Position numbers and translations under genes: made by a program
Source: a virus
Length of the DNA: 64,000 nucleotides
Direction: 5' to 3' (one strand)
IMG/VR virus record: IMGVR_UViG_3300035670_000035
Span: 64,001-128,000 of that record
Notes under the pieces: generated by a model
Databases searched by the model: none
Told to the model about the DNA's origin: nothing
What the model saw: only the letters and a program-made list of their open reading frames with translations
In this document: piece after piece, positions 46,377 through 55,815 of the stretch
Layout: each line of letters opens with the position of its first letter
Position numbering within the stretch: the first letter of the stretch is position 1

Positions 46377-48055
46377 AGCTTTATCTCCGTTGGATTCTGT
46401 ACTGTACTTGCTGTGTCATTTCTATCCCTATGTCCTCCAAATTCCAACCAAGTTGCTGTTCCTTGAAAATTTCTATTAATTAAATTTGTAGATATATTTA
46501 AGCTTTTTAATATGCCATTGTTATAATTATTTTTAATTAAATCTTTAAATTTTGTTATATAATCTTTTATTTTTCCTGCATCTTTAAATAAAGCTTGAAC
46601 TTGAAGATTTCTCTCTACGGGTTTTGATTGATTACTTTCCTGTATAAGTTCTTCTCCTGGTTCTTGACCTCCAATAATAATAAATTGATTAGCTAAATGA
46701 ACCGCGGATTCGTTTGTTATTTGTGCAGATCCATAAATCATGTCTTGATCTTGAACATTATATTCTGGACGATCTTCGTATGTTATACTAAAATTTATGC
46801 TTCCTTCGCTTATGTTATAAGTTAAATCGCCATTAGTTATATAAGTTTTATAATCTCCTATTTTAGGAGTTATAGATGTAAAACTTTTAGCTTGAGTAAA
46901 TAATTGTTTGTAATTACTGTCAAAATAACTTTTGGCTGCTGCTAATTTTTTATTTGTATTAGGATCAATTTCTTTATCTGGAGGAAGTTTCATTCCAACT
47001 ATTGTGCCTCTAATAGTTTTCTTTTTGGCTTTTTCTTTTTTTAGATCTTCTGTGGTATCAACAATTTCTACTCTTACGCCTTGAATATATTCTGGTTCAT
47101 TAGTAATAGATACATTATATTGAGATGTTCCAGCGGCTTCATCAACGGTAATTTGTCTTGAAGTTTCTTCAAAAGTGCTTCTGTAACCACTTGGTAAAGA
47201 TCCATAAGTTAAACTATAATACGTGGAAATAAATGTTTGACATCTAGCTTTTGCACCATCAGATTCGGATAATGCTTTATCATATAGTTCTTTTATTGTA
47301 AAATCATTGTTTTTATTTATTTTAATTTGTCCGTTTTCTGAAACTACTATTGAACCATTATTTTGTATATTGTAATTTGTTGATCTTAAAACTGAGAATC
47401 CGCCACTAGATCCTCTATATTCATTTTTTGTTTCAATAAAACTATATGTTCCACTAGTTTCATCATATACATTTGATGCTGTTGTTCTTGAAGAGCTAAT
47501 GGATAGAACATTTGTAGCATTTAATATAGCGTTTGCAATATTTTGAGCGCGACTCAAACTATAATTATTAGCATTTTCCCCAAAAGTTATACCAATTGAA
47601 GTTGTTAGAGTTTTTCCTTCTAAATTTTCTTCTCTTGCTTGAGATATTTTAATGTCTGATATATCTTTTAAATCTGATAGATTTACTCCATATGAGGTTA
47701 GTAGAGATGAGTTGACTGCTTCATATATTTCAAAAGTTATAGAGAAATCTTTACTCTGTACGTCTTGATTGCTTGTATTTTCAAAACTAATATCTGTTAT
47801 TTTAACTCCAGAATAGGATAGTAACCCAGCAAAATTAAGAGTACAATTCTTTGCTTCTTTATTATCTTCGATAGCATCAATTTGCGCCCAAATTTCACTA
47901 TATCCGCTTAAATTATTTAATTCTAATAGTTTTCCTTTTACAGTTATTTCTTGAACTATTTTTAAAAGAATATTAGATTGACTTTTTTCTATTCTTTTTG
48001 TGGCACTAGTAACTTCTGGGTAATTTAAAGATATGTTAAATGTTGGATTTGCCAT
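46373..48055 (-). CDS. Distal tail / tail-tip protein
   Basis: First gene after TMP; beta-sandwich-like repeats (DFSITFEIYE, QYNVSITNE, INFSITYED). Confidence 0.55.
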   Translation of the reverse strand: MANPTFNISLNYPEVTSATKRIEKSQSNILLKIVQEITVKGKLLELNNLSGYSEIWAQIDAIEDNKEAKNCTLNFAGLLSYSGVKITDISFENTSNQDVQSKDFSITFEIYEAVNSSLLTSYGVNLSDLKDISDIKISQAREENLEGKTLTTSIGITFGENANNYSLSRAQNIANAILNATNVLSISSSRTTASNVYDETSGTYSFIETKNEYRGSSGGFSVLRSTNYNIQNNGSIVVSENGQIKINKNNDFTIKELYDKALSESDGAKARCQTFISTYYSLTYGSLPSGYRSTFEETSRQITVDEAAGTSQYNVSITNEPEYIQGVRVEIVDTTEDLKKEKAKKKTIRGTIVGMKLPPDKEIDPNTNKKLAAAKSYFDSNYKQLFTQAKSFTSITPKIGDYKTYITNGDLTYNISEGSINFSITYEDRPEYNVQDQDMIYGSAQITNESAVHLANQFIIIGGQEPGEELIQESNQSKPVERNLQVQALFKDAGKIKDYITKFKDLIKNNYNNGILKSLNISTNLINRNFQGTATWLEFGGHRDRNDTASTVQNPTEIKL

Positions 48056-48061
48056 ATTTTA

Positions 48062-51000
48062 TTACGCTGTTAAATTCAAATTTTGAGGTGGATTAACAAC
48101 GCCCTTTTCCCTTGCTTTAGCCTTTTCATCCGCAATTTTAACAATTGCTTCACCGAATTTTTTAACTTCTGCTTCAATCATTTTTTGTAGTTCTGCTTTA
48201 TCCATTGCAGCTTCTTGCGCTATATTAATGTTTGGAGATACAGAGATGGTATTATTTATTTCAAATGGTTTTTCTTTTTCTGTTGCTTTAGCTTTTTCTG
48301 TTGCTGTTTCTTCTGATTTGGCAAGCATTTCTGCTTTAGAAAACTCTTCTGGTCTTGAAGTATTTTCAAATTGTTGGGCAAATTGCTGTTGAGATTCTTT
48401 TAATGTTGCTAACGCTACTTCAAGCCCTTTTGCTTGAGAAGCTTGCTCTTCTTCGGTAAGAGCACTAGCTCCACCTCCGCCTAAAAATCCAGGTAAATTT
48501 TGAGATAATGATGTAAATAAATCTGGCATTGTATCGTAAAGTTTATCACCTAAAACGCTTGCTACATTTTCTCCTTTATCTCCAACTGGAACTTGACTAA
48601 TTCCATAACCAACAGCTGCTCCACCAGCAAATGCACCAGCACCTAAAGCAGTTGTTCCTGCAACTCCTCCAGGTAATGCTAATGCCCCTCTTACTCCTAT
48701 ATTCATTCCATTTGCTGCAGCTGCTGTATTTAATGCTCCTCTAGCAACTCCAAATCCTCTTCCTATACCTCCAACAACATTTTTTCCTAAATTAGCTGCG
48801 CCTCCAACAACATTTTTTCCTAAATTAGCTGCGCCTCCAACAACATTTTTTCCTAAATTAATTGCACCTTTTCCAGCTGCAGATACTCCTTTTGCACCAA
48901 GTATTCCACCGCCTACCGCCGCTATTGTGCTTCCAATTCCACCACCAGCAAGTAATGTATTTATTATGCTACTTGCATCCATACTTGGAGCAGGAGTAGG
49001 TTTTACTACATCTGGAGTAAAGTCAACCTTAGTTTCTTTAGGAACATCTTCGGCTCTTTTTCTCATAGCTTCTATCTCTGCGGCTTTTTCTTGGGCTTTC
49101 TTTTGATCTTCTGTGAGTTCAGGAGCTTTAGATCCTAAGTCGTTTAACATAACTCTACCTTCTCCTACTTTCTCCTCTAATTCTTTCATTGTCTGTGTAC
49201 CAGCATCACCAAAATCATAACCATTTTTTCCTCCTGCTAAAATATCCTGTGCAGGTTTAAATCCTAAAGCACCCGCTTGTTCCATCTGTTGTCTTTGTAC
49301 ATTAGCTATATATCTTGCTCCTCTTTCTTTATATTCTTCTGGAGCTTCAAGTCCAGCTTGTCGTGCTAATAATACAGCTTGCCCAGCTAATCTATCTAGC
49401 TCTTCTTCTTTTCCTGGTCCTGCCCCCATAGTTTCAACCATTTTTATTCTTGACAATGCCGCGTTAAGCTTATCCATTGGTTGAGCTACAAATTCTTCAT
49501 CAAAAATTCCTTCTCCTTGTACGCTACTTATACCTTTATAACCTGGAGCTTTAGGCTGTACTGCTGCTGCTTTCGCTCTTGCTTCGGCAGCTTTAAGCTC
49601 AGTTTGAGTTAATTTCATGGTTGCTGCTACCATTTTTTGTGCTGCTTCTGGATTTTTAGCTAATTCACTTTTTAACTGAGCAATAGATTCTGTAGATGCA
49701 CCTGCCATTACTGCTCCTGCTTCAAGCACAGCAAAAAATTCGGAAGCAGAACCTGATGATTGAGATAAAGCGTCTGCAACAGTTAGAAAATCATCTGGAT
49801 TAAGAGAGAGAATCGGTGCCATAACAGATTTGGCAGCGGAATCAATTGATTCTTTGCTTTGAAATGTTGTTTTCATTTCTTTATTCATTAAACCTTGGCC
49901 ATAATCTACTAATGGTCCTATTCCTGTACCAGTTAAAATTCTACCAAATTGACCCATAGCACCCATATCAGCTCTAGCTTTTCCTTGTTCGGCTGTAACT
50001 GTTTGTCTTAAAGCAATTTGGCTCTGGGCTACTGATTGTTTACGTTGCTCCTCTGAGATAGAGCCCATTACTCCTTCTGGAGTACTTAAATTTTTCATTA
50101 TTTTATCTCGTAGTTCTGGGCCTAAATCAGCTATGCCATCTAAAATGCTTGTTCTAAATTTTGCAATAGCTTCTGGATCTGGTTCTGCTTTCTCTAATTC
50201 TTCTGCATAAGCATTTAATGTTGGATTTAAATTAGATACTACAGTTTCTAATTTAGAAGTAGCAGCTCTTGAAGATTCCATAGCTTTATTTAAGCTATCC
50301 ATCTGCTTGGTAAGAGGTTTATCTGCATTTGCAGAAAGTCCAGCTACACCTTGAATTGCTAACATTGTTCCTGCCGCAGCAATTCCTTTTTTACCACCAC
50401 CAAAAGTACCAATAGCTGTACTAACAGAACTTAGTGCAGTTAAACTTTGATTTAACCCTTGAATTACTTTACTATTTGTATCCCCAAATTGAAGTATTGT
50501 TCCTTGTAATACAGATATGCCAAGACCAAGTGCTATTAATTTGCTTTGATTATCGTTTACTTTCTTGGATAAATTTTTACTAGAATCAGCAGTTTTACTT
50601 AATCCTCTAGCGGCTTCATCTGCTGCTTTTGCTACGGCAGTAAAATCTCCAGATTTACCTGTACCTACTGACATTTTTCCACCTGGATTTCTAAATGGTA
50701 TTCCTTTTGGCATAGGGGCAAAATTTGGTATAACTCCACTATAACGATTTACTCCTTGCTGTAATCCAGCTGGTTCATCTCGCGTATTATAAACTCCAAG
50801 ACCAAGAGGGTTATCTCTAGACATTAAACTAGAGCTAGTACCAACTCGAATTAAATTAGGATTAACGCCAGCAGCTTGCTCGCGAGCAATAGCGTCTTGT
50901 AATGCGGCAAAATTTGGAATATAACCAAAAGATTTAGTTCTTCTTGCGGAGCTTATCTTTTGTGCTTTTCCTAGCTGTATTCCTTTTTCTGCAGCTTTTC

Positions 51001-53491
51001 TAGCGGCAAGTTCTTTCTCTTTTAATTGTCTCTGTTTTAGTTCTTTTGTATAATTTTCACCTAACATTTCCTTTGTTTTTTGACCTATATACCCTAAATT
51101 TAATATTTTTTGAGCTACACTATCTCTTTGGTCTCCTTTTGCATTTACTTTAGCTTCAAATGTAGCAGCTCTATCCGCCCCCATATTAAATAATTTTCTT
51201 AATTCAGGACTTGGAGCAGCAAAATCTATTGGAGCATTTTGACCTCTTCCTTCATTTAGAGTGCTAGTTGCAAGTCCAACAGCTGTTTCAAATACTGCTC
51301 CAGCAATACTACCAAATGATCCAGCATTAGATAGTTGATTAATACTTGCGATCTTTGGTATTTGTCCACCACCTTGAAATAATTTTTTAGCAAAATCATT
51401 TGTAAATGTTACAATTTTATCTCCAAGTTGTTTTATCAAATCTATGTCTGCTGGTTTCCTTATGTTCGCTGGGTTATATCCAGACATTGGAAATCCTATT
51501 TTAATTTTATAATCTCCATATTTAGCATAACCAAAAGCATCTACAGCTTTATTAGTTTTATATGGAAAAATCATTCCAACTTTATTTTGTCTTCCAGTAT
51601 CAATAATCTTTGTATATTTTTTTCTTTCTTTATCTACAAAATTAGGAACATATCCACGATAAGCATAAGGATCAAATCCTACTTGTTTTCTAAATGCGCT
51701 TCTATAATTTTCTCCAGCAAGACTATTTTGTGGTGGCATAATAGCTGGACCATCTGCACCAGCAAATTGTACAACACTCTCTGCTGTATTATAATACATT
51801 CCTCCTATCTTTTTGACTGCACCAGGAGTATAACCTCCAGCGTATGCACCCATTTTTTCTTGCATAGTTGGCGATACAAAATTTGGTATATAACCACCAG
51901 CTTTTGTTTTTACTGTTGGAGTGGCTATTCTTGCTGCGGCTGGAGCAACTCTAGCTGAAATTGTAGCGCCTATAGCTCTTGCCGTATTTTGCTGCTCAAT
52001 AATCCTTAGTATTTGATTTTCTATTTGTAATAGTGAAGACTCTTTAGAAATAATAGCTTGTATAAGCGAAGGATTTTGTGCTAAGATTGCATTTACTCTT
52101 GCTTGTGCTGATGCAATTTTATCAGCTTGACTACTAATTCCAATTAAACTTTTTAACGCTTCTGCACTAAATTTAGTTAATCCACCAAATATCTTAATAA
52201 ATGCTGCACCAACCACAGCAAGTCCTGGACCACTTAAATAACCACCTATTCCTTTTAAAATACCTGTGGCAATTTTTGTTCCTGTACCTTGAAGCTCTTC
52301 TGGTTTATTGAATTCTTCTAAAATAGAATTTAATCCACCAAGACCAATTTTTAAACTTGGAGCAATAGTTAATTCGCCAATTCTTGCAGCAGCTTCTTGT
52401 AAGTTAACAAAAGTTTTATTCGTTAATGCTGAAAGAGTTTGATTTAAAGCTTGATTTCTTTGAATTGCTTGATCTGCGGCAGTTCTAGATGCATTTAAAG
52501 CTCCACTATAGACACTATATTCTTTACTTAAATCTGATAGTGCTGCTCTTAAAATATTGATCTGGAAAACACCGCCAACAGTTTCTGCAACAGAAGCTCT
52601 TTGAGAATCACTTAATTGATAAAATACATCTGATAAATTTTTTAGAATTTGTATAGCTGGTAAAGTGTTACCTTGTAAATCTCTAACTGCAATTCCTACG
52701 GCTTCTAATTCATCTAACGTATCTGTTCGTTGTAAACGTGTAAAAATCGTCTTAAATGAGTTACCAATTACTGCTCCACCTCTAGCGGTTGTTTGTTGGG
52801 CGGCTGTAACAATAGCTATTAATTGATCAAAATCAACTCCTACGTCTTGAGCTGTACTACCAACTCGACTAATAGCCTCTGCAAGATCCGCTGTGCTTAC
52901 AGCAAAAGCCGCGTCAACTGTTGCAAGTTTATTAATAATCTGACTAGAGGTTAATCCTGCTCTTGCAAATGAGTTTACTGCCGCAGTTAATGTTTCTACG
53001 CTTCTTGCTGCATCTAGACCAGAAAGACGACTTAATATAAGTGCGTCATTTGTTCTTTTTAATGTTTCTTCAATACCAAGACCTTGACGAGCAAATTCAG
53101 TTGCAGCTTTTGCTACTTGATCAAATCCTTGACCAGTATTTTTTGCTATACCAAATAATTCTTTACCAAATTTGCCAAGGTCTTTTGTTGAAGCATTTAA
53201 AACAACATTAATATCTGTAAGGCTTTTTTCTACTTCTAATGTGGCCTTTACTACTTCCCCAAATGCTCTTTGTATTGCGTAAACTGCTCCAGCAGATGCT
53301 CCGAATGCTAAAACACGAGCATTAGATGCTTCTAATGATTTTTCAAATTCAGATACTTTACCAGTAATTCTTCCTAAAGGCTGAGATAAGCTATCCTTTA
53401 GATTTAAATTAACGCTTCTAGACGATATTTTATTTAACTTAGACTCTAACGGTCTCAGATCTCCATCTACCGATAAAATAATATCGCTCAT
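48062..53491 (-). CDS. Tape measure protein (TP901-type) with internal nuclease-like domain
   Basis: PhageMin_Tail-like region (VAKAATEFARQGL...SRVGSTAQDVGV...GGAVIGNSFKTIFTRL), Ala/Gly-rich helices, hydrophobic segments, position after the chaperones. Confidence 0.93.
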   Translation of the reverse strand: MSDIILSVDGDLRPLESKLNKISSRSVNLNLKDSLSQPLGRITGKVSEFEKSLEASNARVLAFGASAGAVYAIQRAFGEVVKATLEVEKSLTDINVVLNASTKDLGKFGKELFGIAKNTGQGFDQVAKAATEFARQGLGIEETLKRTNDALILSRLSGLDAARSVETLTAAVNSFARAGLTSSQIINKLATVDAAFAVSTADLAEAISRVGSTAQDVGVDFDQLIAIVTAAQQTTARGGAVIGNSFKTIFTRLQRTDTLDELEAVGIAVRDLQGNTLPAIQILKNLSDVFYQLSDSQRASVAETVGGVFQINILRAALSDLSKEYSVYSGALNASRTAADQAIQRNQALNQTLSALTNKTFVNLQEAAARIGELTIAPSLKIGLGGLNSILEEFNKPEELQGTGTKIATGILKGIGGYLSGPGLAVVGAAFIKIFGGLTKFSAEALKSLIGISSQADKIASAQARVNAILAQNPSLIQAIISKESSLLQIENQILRIIEQQNTARAIGATISARVAPAAARIATPTVKTKAGGYIPNFVSPTMQEKMGAYAGGYTPGAVKKIGGMYYNTAESVVQFAGADGPAIMPPQNSLAGENYRSAFRKQVGFDPYAYRGYVPNFVDKERKKYTKIIDTGRQNKVGMIFPYKTNKAVDAFGYAKYGDYKIKIGFPMSGYNPANIRKPADIDLIKQLGDKIVTFTNDFAKKLFQGGGQIPKIASINQLSNAGSFGSIAGAVFETAVGLATSTLNEGRGQNAPIDFAAPSPELRKLFNMGADRAATFEAKVNAKGDQRDSVAQKILNLGYIGQKTKEMLGENYTKELKQRQLKEKELAARKAAEKGIQLGKAQKISSARRTKSFGYIPNFAALQDAIAREQAAGVNPNLIRVGTSSSLMSRDNPLGLGVYNTRDEPAGLQQGVNRYSGVIPNFAPMPKGIPFRNPGGKMSVGTGKSGDFTAVAKAADEAARGLSKTADSSKNLSKKVNDNQSKLIALGLGISVLQGTILQFGDTNSKVIQGLNQSLTALSSVSTAIGTFGGGKKGIAAAGTMLAIQGVAGLSANADKPLTKQMDSLNKAMESSRAATSKLETVVSNLNPTLNAYAEELEKAEPDPEAIAKFRTSILDGIADLGPELRDKIMKNLSTPEGVMGSISEEQRKQSVAQSQIALRQTVTAEQGKARADMGAMGQFGRILTGTGIGPLVDYGQGLMNKEMKTTFQSKESIDSAAKSVMAPILSLNPDDFLTVADALSQSSGSASEFFAVLEAGAVMAGASTESIAQLKSELAKNPEAAQKMVAATMKLTQTELKAAEARAKAAAVQPKAPGYKGISSVQGEGIFDEEFVAQPMDKLNAALSRIKMVETMGAGPGKEEELDRLAGQAVLLARQAGLEAPEEYKERGARYIANVQRQQMEQAGALGFKPAQDILAGGKNGYDFGDAGTQTMKELEEKVGEGRVMLNDLGSKAPELTEDQKKAQEKAAEIEAMRKRAEDVPKETKVDFTPDVVKPTPAPSMDASSIINTLLAGGGIGSTIAAVGGGILGAKGVSAAGKGAINLGKNVVGGAANLGKNVVGGAANLGKNVVGGIGRGFGVARGALNTAAAANGMNIGVRGALALPGGVAGTTALGAGAFAGGAAVGYGISQVPVGDKGENVASVLGDKLYDTMPDLFTSLSQNLPGFLGGGGASALTEEEQASQAKGLEVALATLKESQQQFAQQFENTSRPEEFSKAEMLAKSEETATEKAKATEKEKPFEINNTISVSPNINIAQEAAMDKAELQKMIEAEVKKFGEAIVKIADEKAKAREKGVVNPPQNLNLTA
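48768..48860. repeat. 33-bp tandem repeat (about 2.8 copies) encoding GGAANLGKNVV in TMP
   Basis: cctccaacaacattttttcctaaattagctgcg at 48768 and 48801, partial at 48834. Confidence 0.95.
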
Positions 53492-53492
53492 T

Positions 53493-53524
53493 CCTTTAAC
53501 CTTTTCCTATGATATTATTACACT
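53493..53524 (-). promoter_or_regulatory. Composite late element AGTGTAA-TAATATC-ATAGG-AAAAGG-TT-AAAGG
   Basis: Reads directly upstream of the TMP ATG. Confidence 0.7.
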
Positions 53525-53531
53525 TTTAAAG

Positions 53532-54518
53532 TTAAATTTTTGATAATTTTGCTAAATCTGCTATATTTAGAGTGCCTCCTTTAGACTTTGCTATTTCATT
53601 AACATCATTTTTAACGTCTTGTTTTAAATATTCCATGTCTTCTTTATTTGCGCCCATAACAAAATTCATACCTTTGCCACTAGAATTAGGATTTTTACTT
53701 TTAAAATTAACAAAAGCGTTATACCATTCTATTAATTTATCTGGATTTCTTTTTGTTTCTAAATCTAATTTTTTAGCTTCTTGCATACCTAAAACTGTAT
53801 GAAAAAATTTACCATAACTATATATACTTGTTTGATAATAACTCAAATTATAAATTGCTTGATTAAATAAGTGATAACAATTTCCATCTGCTGCATTTAT
53901 CATATTTTGAAAAAATTCAGACAGTGATAATTGTTTGATATTATTGATATTAAATTTTTCCATTACTTTATTGTGCAATATTATATATTTATAGTATAAA
54001 TTTTCATCAATATCATAATTTTCAATATCTAATAATTTAAACTTAAGTTCTTTATCTTTATAAAATGAATTTAAAATATAAATAAAATCAACTTTACTTT
54101 GAGCATAAGATTCAGCATATATGCCCATAAGATCTTTCTTGTCGTTCAAAAGGGTTTTGACTTCTTTTTTTAAATTAACTATTTCTTTTTTTGATTTATC
54201 TATATGGGATTTTAAAAATAAATTACTATGTGATTTCTCTAATTTTTGAAGTTTTTCTTTTTTATATTTTAATTCCTTTTCCTGCTCTTCTGTCCAGTAA
54301 TTTTCAGAGATTAATAGCTTTTCTTTTTCTTCATAATTTGGCAAACCATTCTTTTTTGCTTTATCATAATATTCAAAAAAATGCTCTTCAAATTCACCAG
54401 AGCTAAATTCTCCGTAATGTTTTATGTAAATATATTCATTTTTATCTAAGACTTTAGAATAACGATTACAAATTTCAAAAAATAATAATTTTAATTTGCG
54501 CTCTGTAAGATTTGTCAA
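53532..54518 (-). CDS. Tail assembly chaperone (second)
   Basis: Helical, immediately upstream of TMP; TTG start overlapping the upstream TGA. Confidence 0.55.
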   Translation of the reverse strand: MTNLTERKLKLLFFEICNRYSKVLDKNEYIYIKHYGEFSSGEFEEHFFEYYDKAKKNGLPNYEEKEKLLISENYWTEEQEKELKYKKEKLQKLEKSHSNLFLKSHIDKSKKEIVNLKKEVKTLLNDKKDLMGIYAESYAQSKVDFIYILNSFYKDKELKFKLLDIENYDIDENLYYKYIILHNKVMEKFNINNIKQLSLSEFFQNMINAADGNCYHLFNQAIYNLSYYQTSIYSYGKFFHTVLGMQEAKKLDLETKRNPDKLIEWYNAFVNFKSKNPNSSGKGMNFVMGANKEDMEYLKQDVKNDVNEIAKSKGGTLNIADLAKLSKI

Positions 54519-55276
54519 TCTTGATTACCTTGCTCTTTAATATAATTTTCTATTATTTTAAAATCTTCTTGTTTGGTAGCTTTTCCAGCATACCAAAAAC
54601 TTACAAAGTACGCAAATCTTGTTAATATTTTCTTTAAGAATGCATCATCGCCTTCTTCAATTTCATCATACTTTTTAAGTCTTTGTTCATAAGTTCCTTC
54701 TCCAAACAAAGGAACGTAATCTTCTCCACTCTTTTTATATGACATAAAAAGAATCCACCACATCATTGTTTTATTCTTTGCTCTATTCTCTGCTGTTTGC
54801 TCAAAAATATTATTCTTAGCATTTTCTAATTCAACTAATTCTAATCTTAGAGCATTAATTTGATTTTCTAATTCAATTTTCTCTTTATTCTCTTCCTCGG
54901 TAAGTTTTTCTTTTTTCTCCTCTTTTTCAACATAAACTTGATATTTAATTTGAATATTTGTAATTTCTTCTAAAAGGATCTTAATTTTCTCTACTTCTCC
55001 ATCAGTAAAAATACCACCATCTTTGTCGTATTTTTTAACCATTAGAGTTCTTGTCAACATGCCAGCTTTAATTCCTTCTGCTAATTTTACTCCATAAAAA
55101 AGTTCAGCATCATCAAGCATTGCTCTTGTTGGTTTTTTAAGTGCAAATTCGACTGGTTTTTCTTCTTTGACTTTTTTAATAGTCTTTACTAGTTCGTTGT
55201 TATCGTTAGTTGATTCTTCGATTTTTTCTACTTCTTTAACTTCAGATTCTGTAAACGTATATAAATACTTGCTCAT
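54515..55276 (-). CDS. Tail assembly chaperone (first)
   Basis: Acidic, coiled-coil (FALKKPTRAMLDDAELFY...); canonical position between tube and TMP. Confidence 0.6.
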   Translation of the reverse strand: MSKYLYTFTESEVKEVEKIEESTNDNNELVKTIKKVKEEKPVEFALKKPTRAMLDDAELFYGVKLAEGIKAGMLTRTLMVKKYDKDGGIFTDGEVEKIKILLEEITNIQIKYQVYVEKEEKKEKLTEEENKEKIELENQINALRLELVELENAKNNIFEQTAENRAKNKTMMWWILFMSYKKSGEDYVPLFGEGTYEQRLKKYDEIEEGDDAFLKKILTRFAYFVSFWYAGKATKQEDFKIIENYIKEQGNQD

Positions 55277-55533
55277 TGTTTTTCTCCTATTTTTTCATCA
55301 AAAAAATATTTAACTTTTTTAAAATTAAGTTTACCAGCTATAGTTTTGACAAAATCTTCTTTTCTTTTTTCATCCCAATTTCTATACATAGAAATAAATT
55401 TATCGCTAACTAACGTCTCTAGCTTTGGACTATATATCTTATATTCCTGAGATAAGCTTCTTTGAACTGTCTGTAAATTCAAATTAGCTTCAATTATAGA
55501 CTGGGCGGGAAAATTAAATATTCTCTTTCTCAT
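55273..55533 (-). CDS. Small hypothetical protein
   Basis: 86 aa, ATGA overlaps on both sides. Confidence 0.6.
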   Translation of the reverse strand: MRKRIFNFPAQSIIEANLNLQTVQRSLSQEYKIYSPKLETLVSDKFISMYRNWDEKRKEDFVKTIAGKLNFKKVKYFFDEKIGEKQ

Positions 55534-55745
55534 AGATTTATCTTGAATTGCTTAAGATCTTCTTCAAGCTCTCTAATAGTATCATTACCATAATCTAGCA
55601 CTCTTTTACGAAGCTGATTGTATTTCTCTTGAGAGATGGAAGGATTATCTTTTGATAAATCTTCTAGAATAATAAAGAAGTTTTTGAATAAGTTAGTTAC
55701 TTTTCTACGTATCTGAAATGATAGATAATCTCTTTCCTTTGACAT
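55530..55745 (-). CDS. Small hypothetical protein
   Basis: 71 aa; preceded by AAAGG-TT-AAAGG. Confidence 0.65.
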   Translation of the reverse strand: MSKERDYLSFQIRRKVTNLFKNFFIILEDLSKDNPSISQEKYNQLRKRVLDYGNDTIRELEEDLKQFKINL

Positions 55746-55773
55746 ACACCTTTAACCTTTAAAATATTATATG

Positions 55774-55800
55774 ATAAACTAAACGGAAAGTCTAGTTTAT
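55774..55800 (-). terminator. Stem-loop downstream of the tail tube gene
   Basis: RNA AUAAACUAGAC-UUUCC-GUUUAGUUUAU, 11-bp stem with one G.U pair; no strong U-tract. Confidence 0.45.
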
Positions 55801-55815
55801 TATAATATTGAAACC

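Noticed and set aside
48768-48860. CRISPR array (33-bp repeats)
   Set aside because: The units are directly adjacent with no spacers and are in frame inside TMP.
54490-54518. TTGACA on the - strand overlapping the chaperone stop codon as a sigma70 promoter
   Set aside because: The sequence 17 nt downstream is ATTAAA, not a -10 box.
54500-54560. Programmed -1 frameshift joining the two tail chaperones (lambda G-T type)
   Set aside because: The second ORF is in the -1 frame, but that frame has a TAA only two codons before its TTG start, and no XXXYYYZ slippery site lies in the open stretch.
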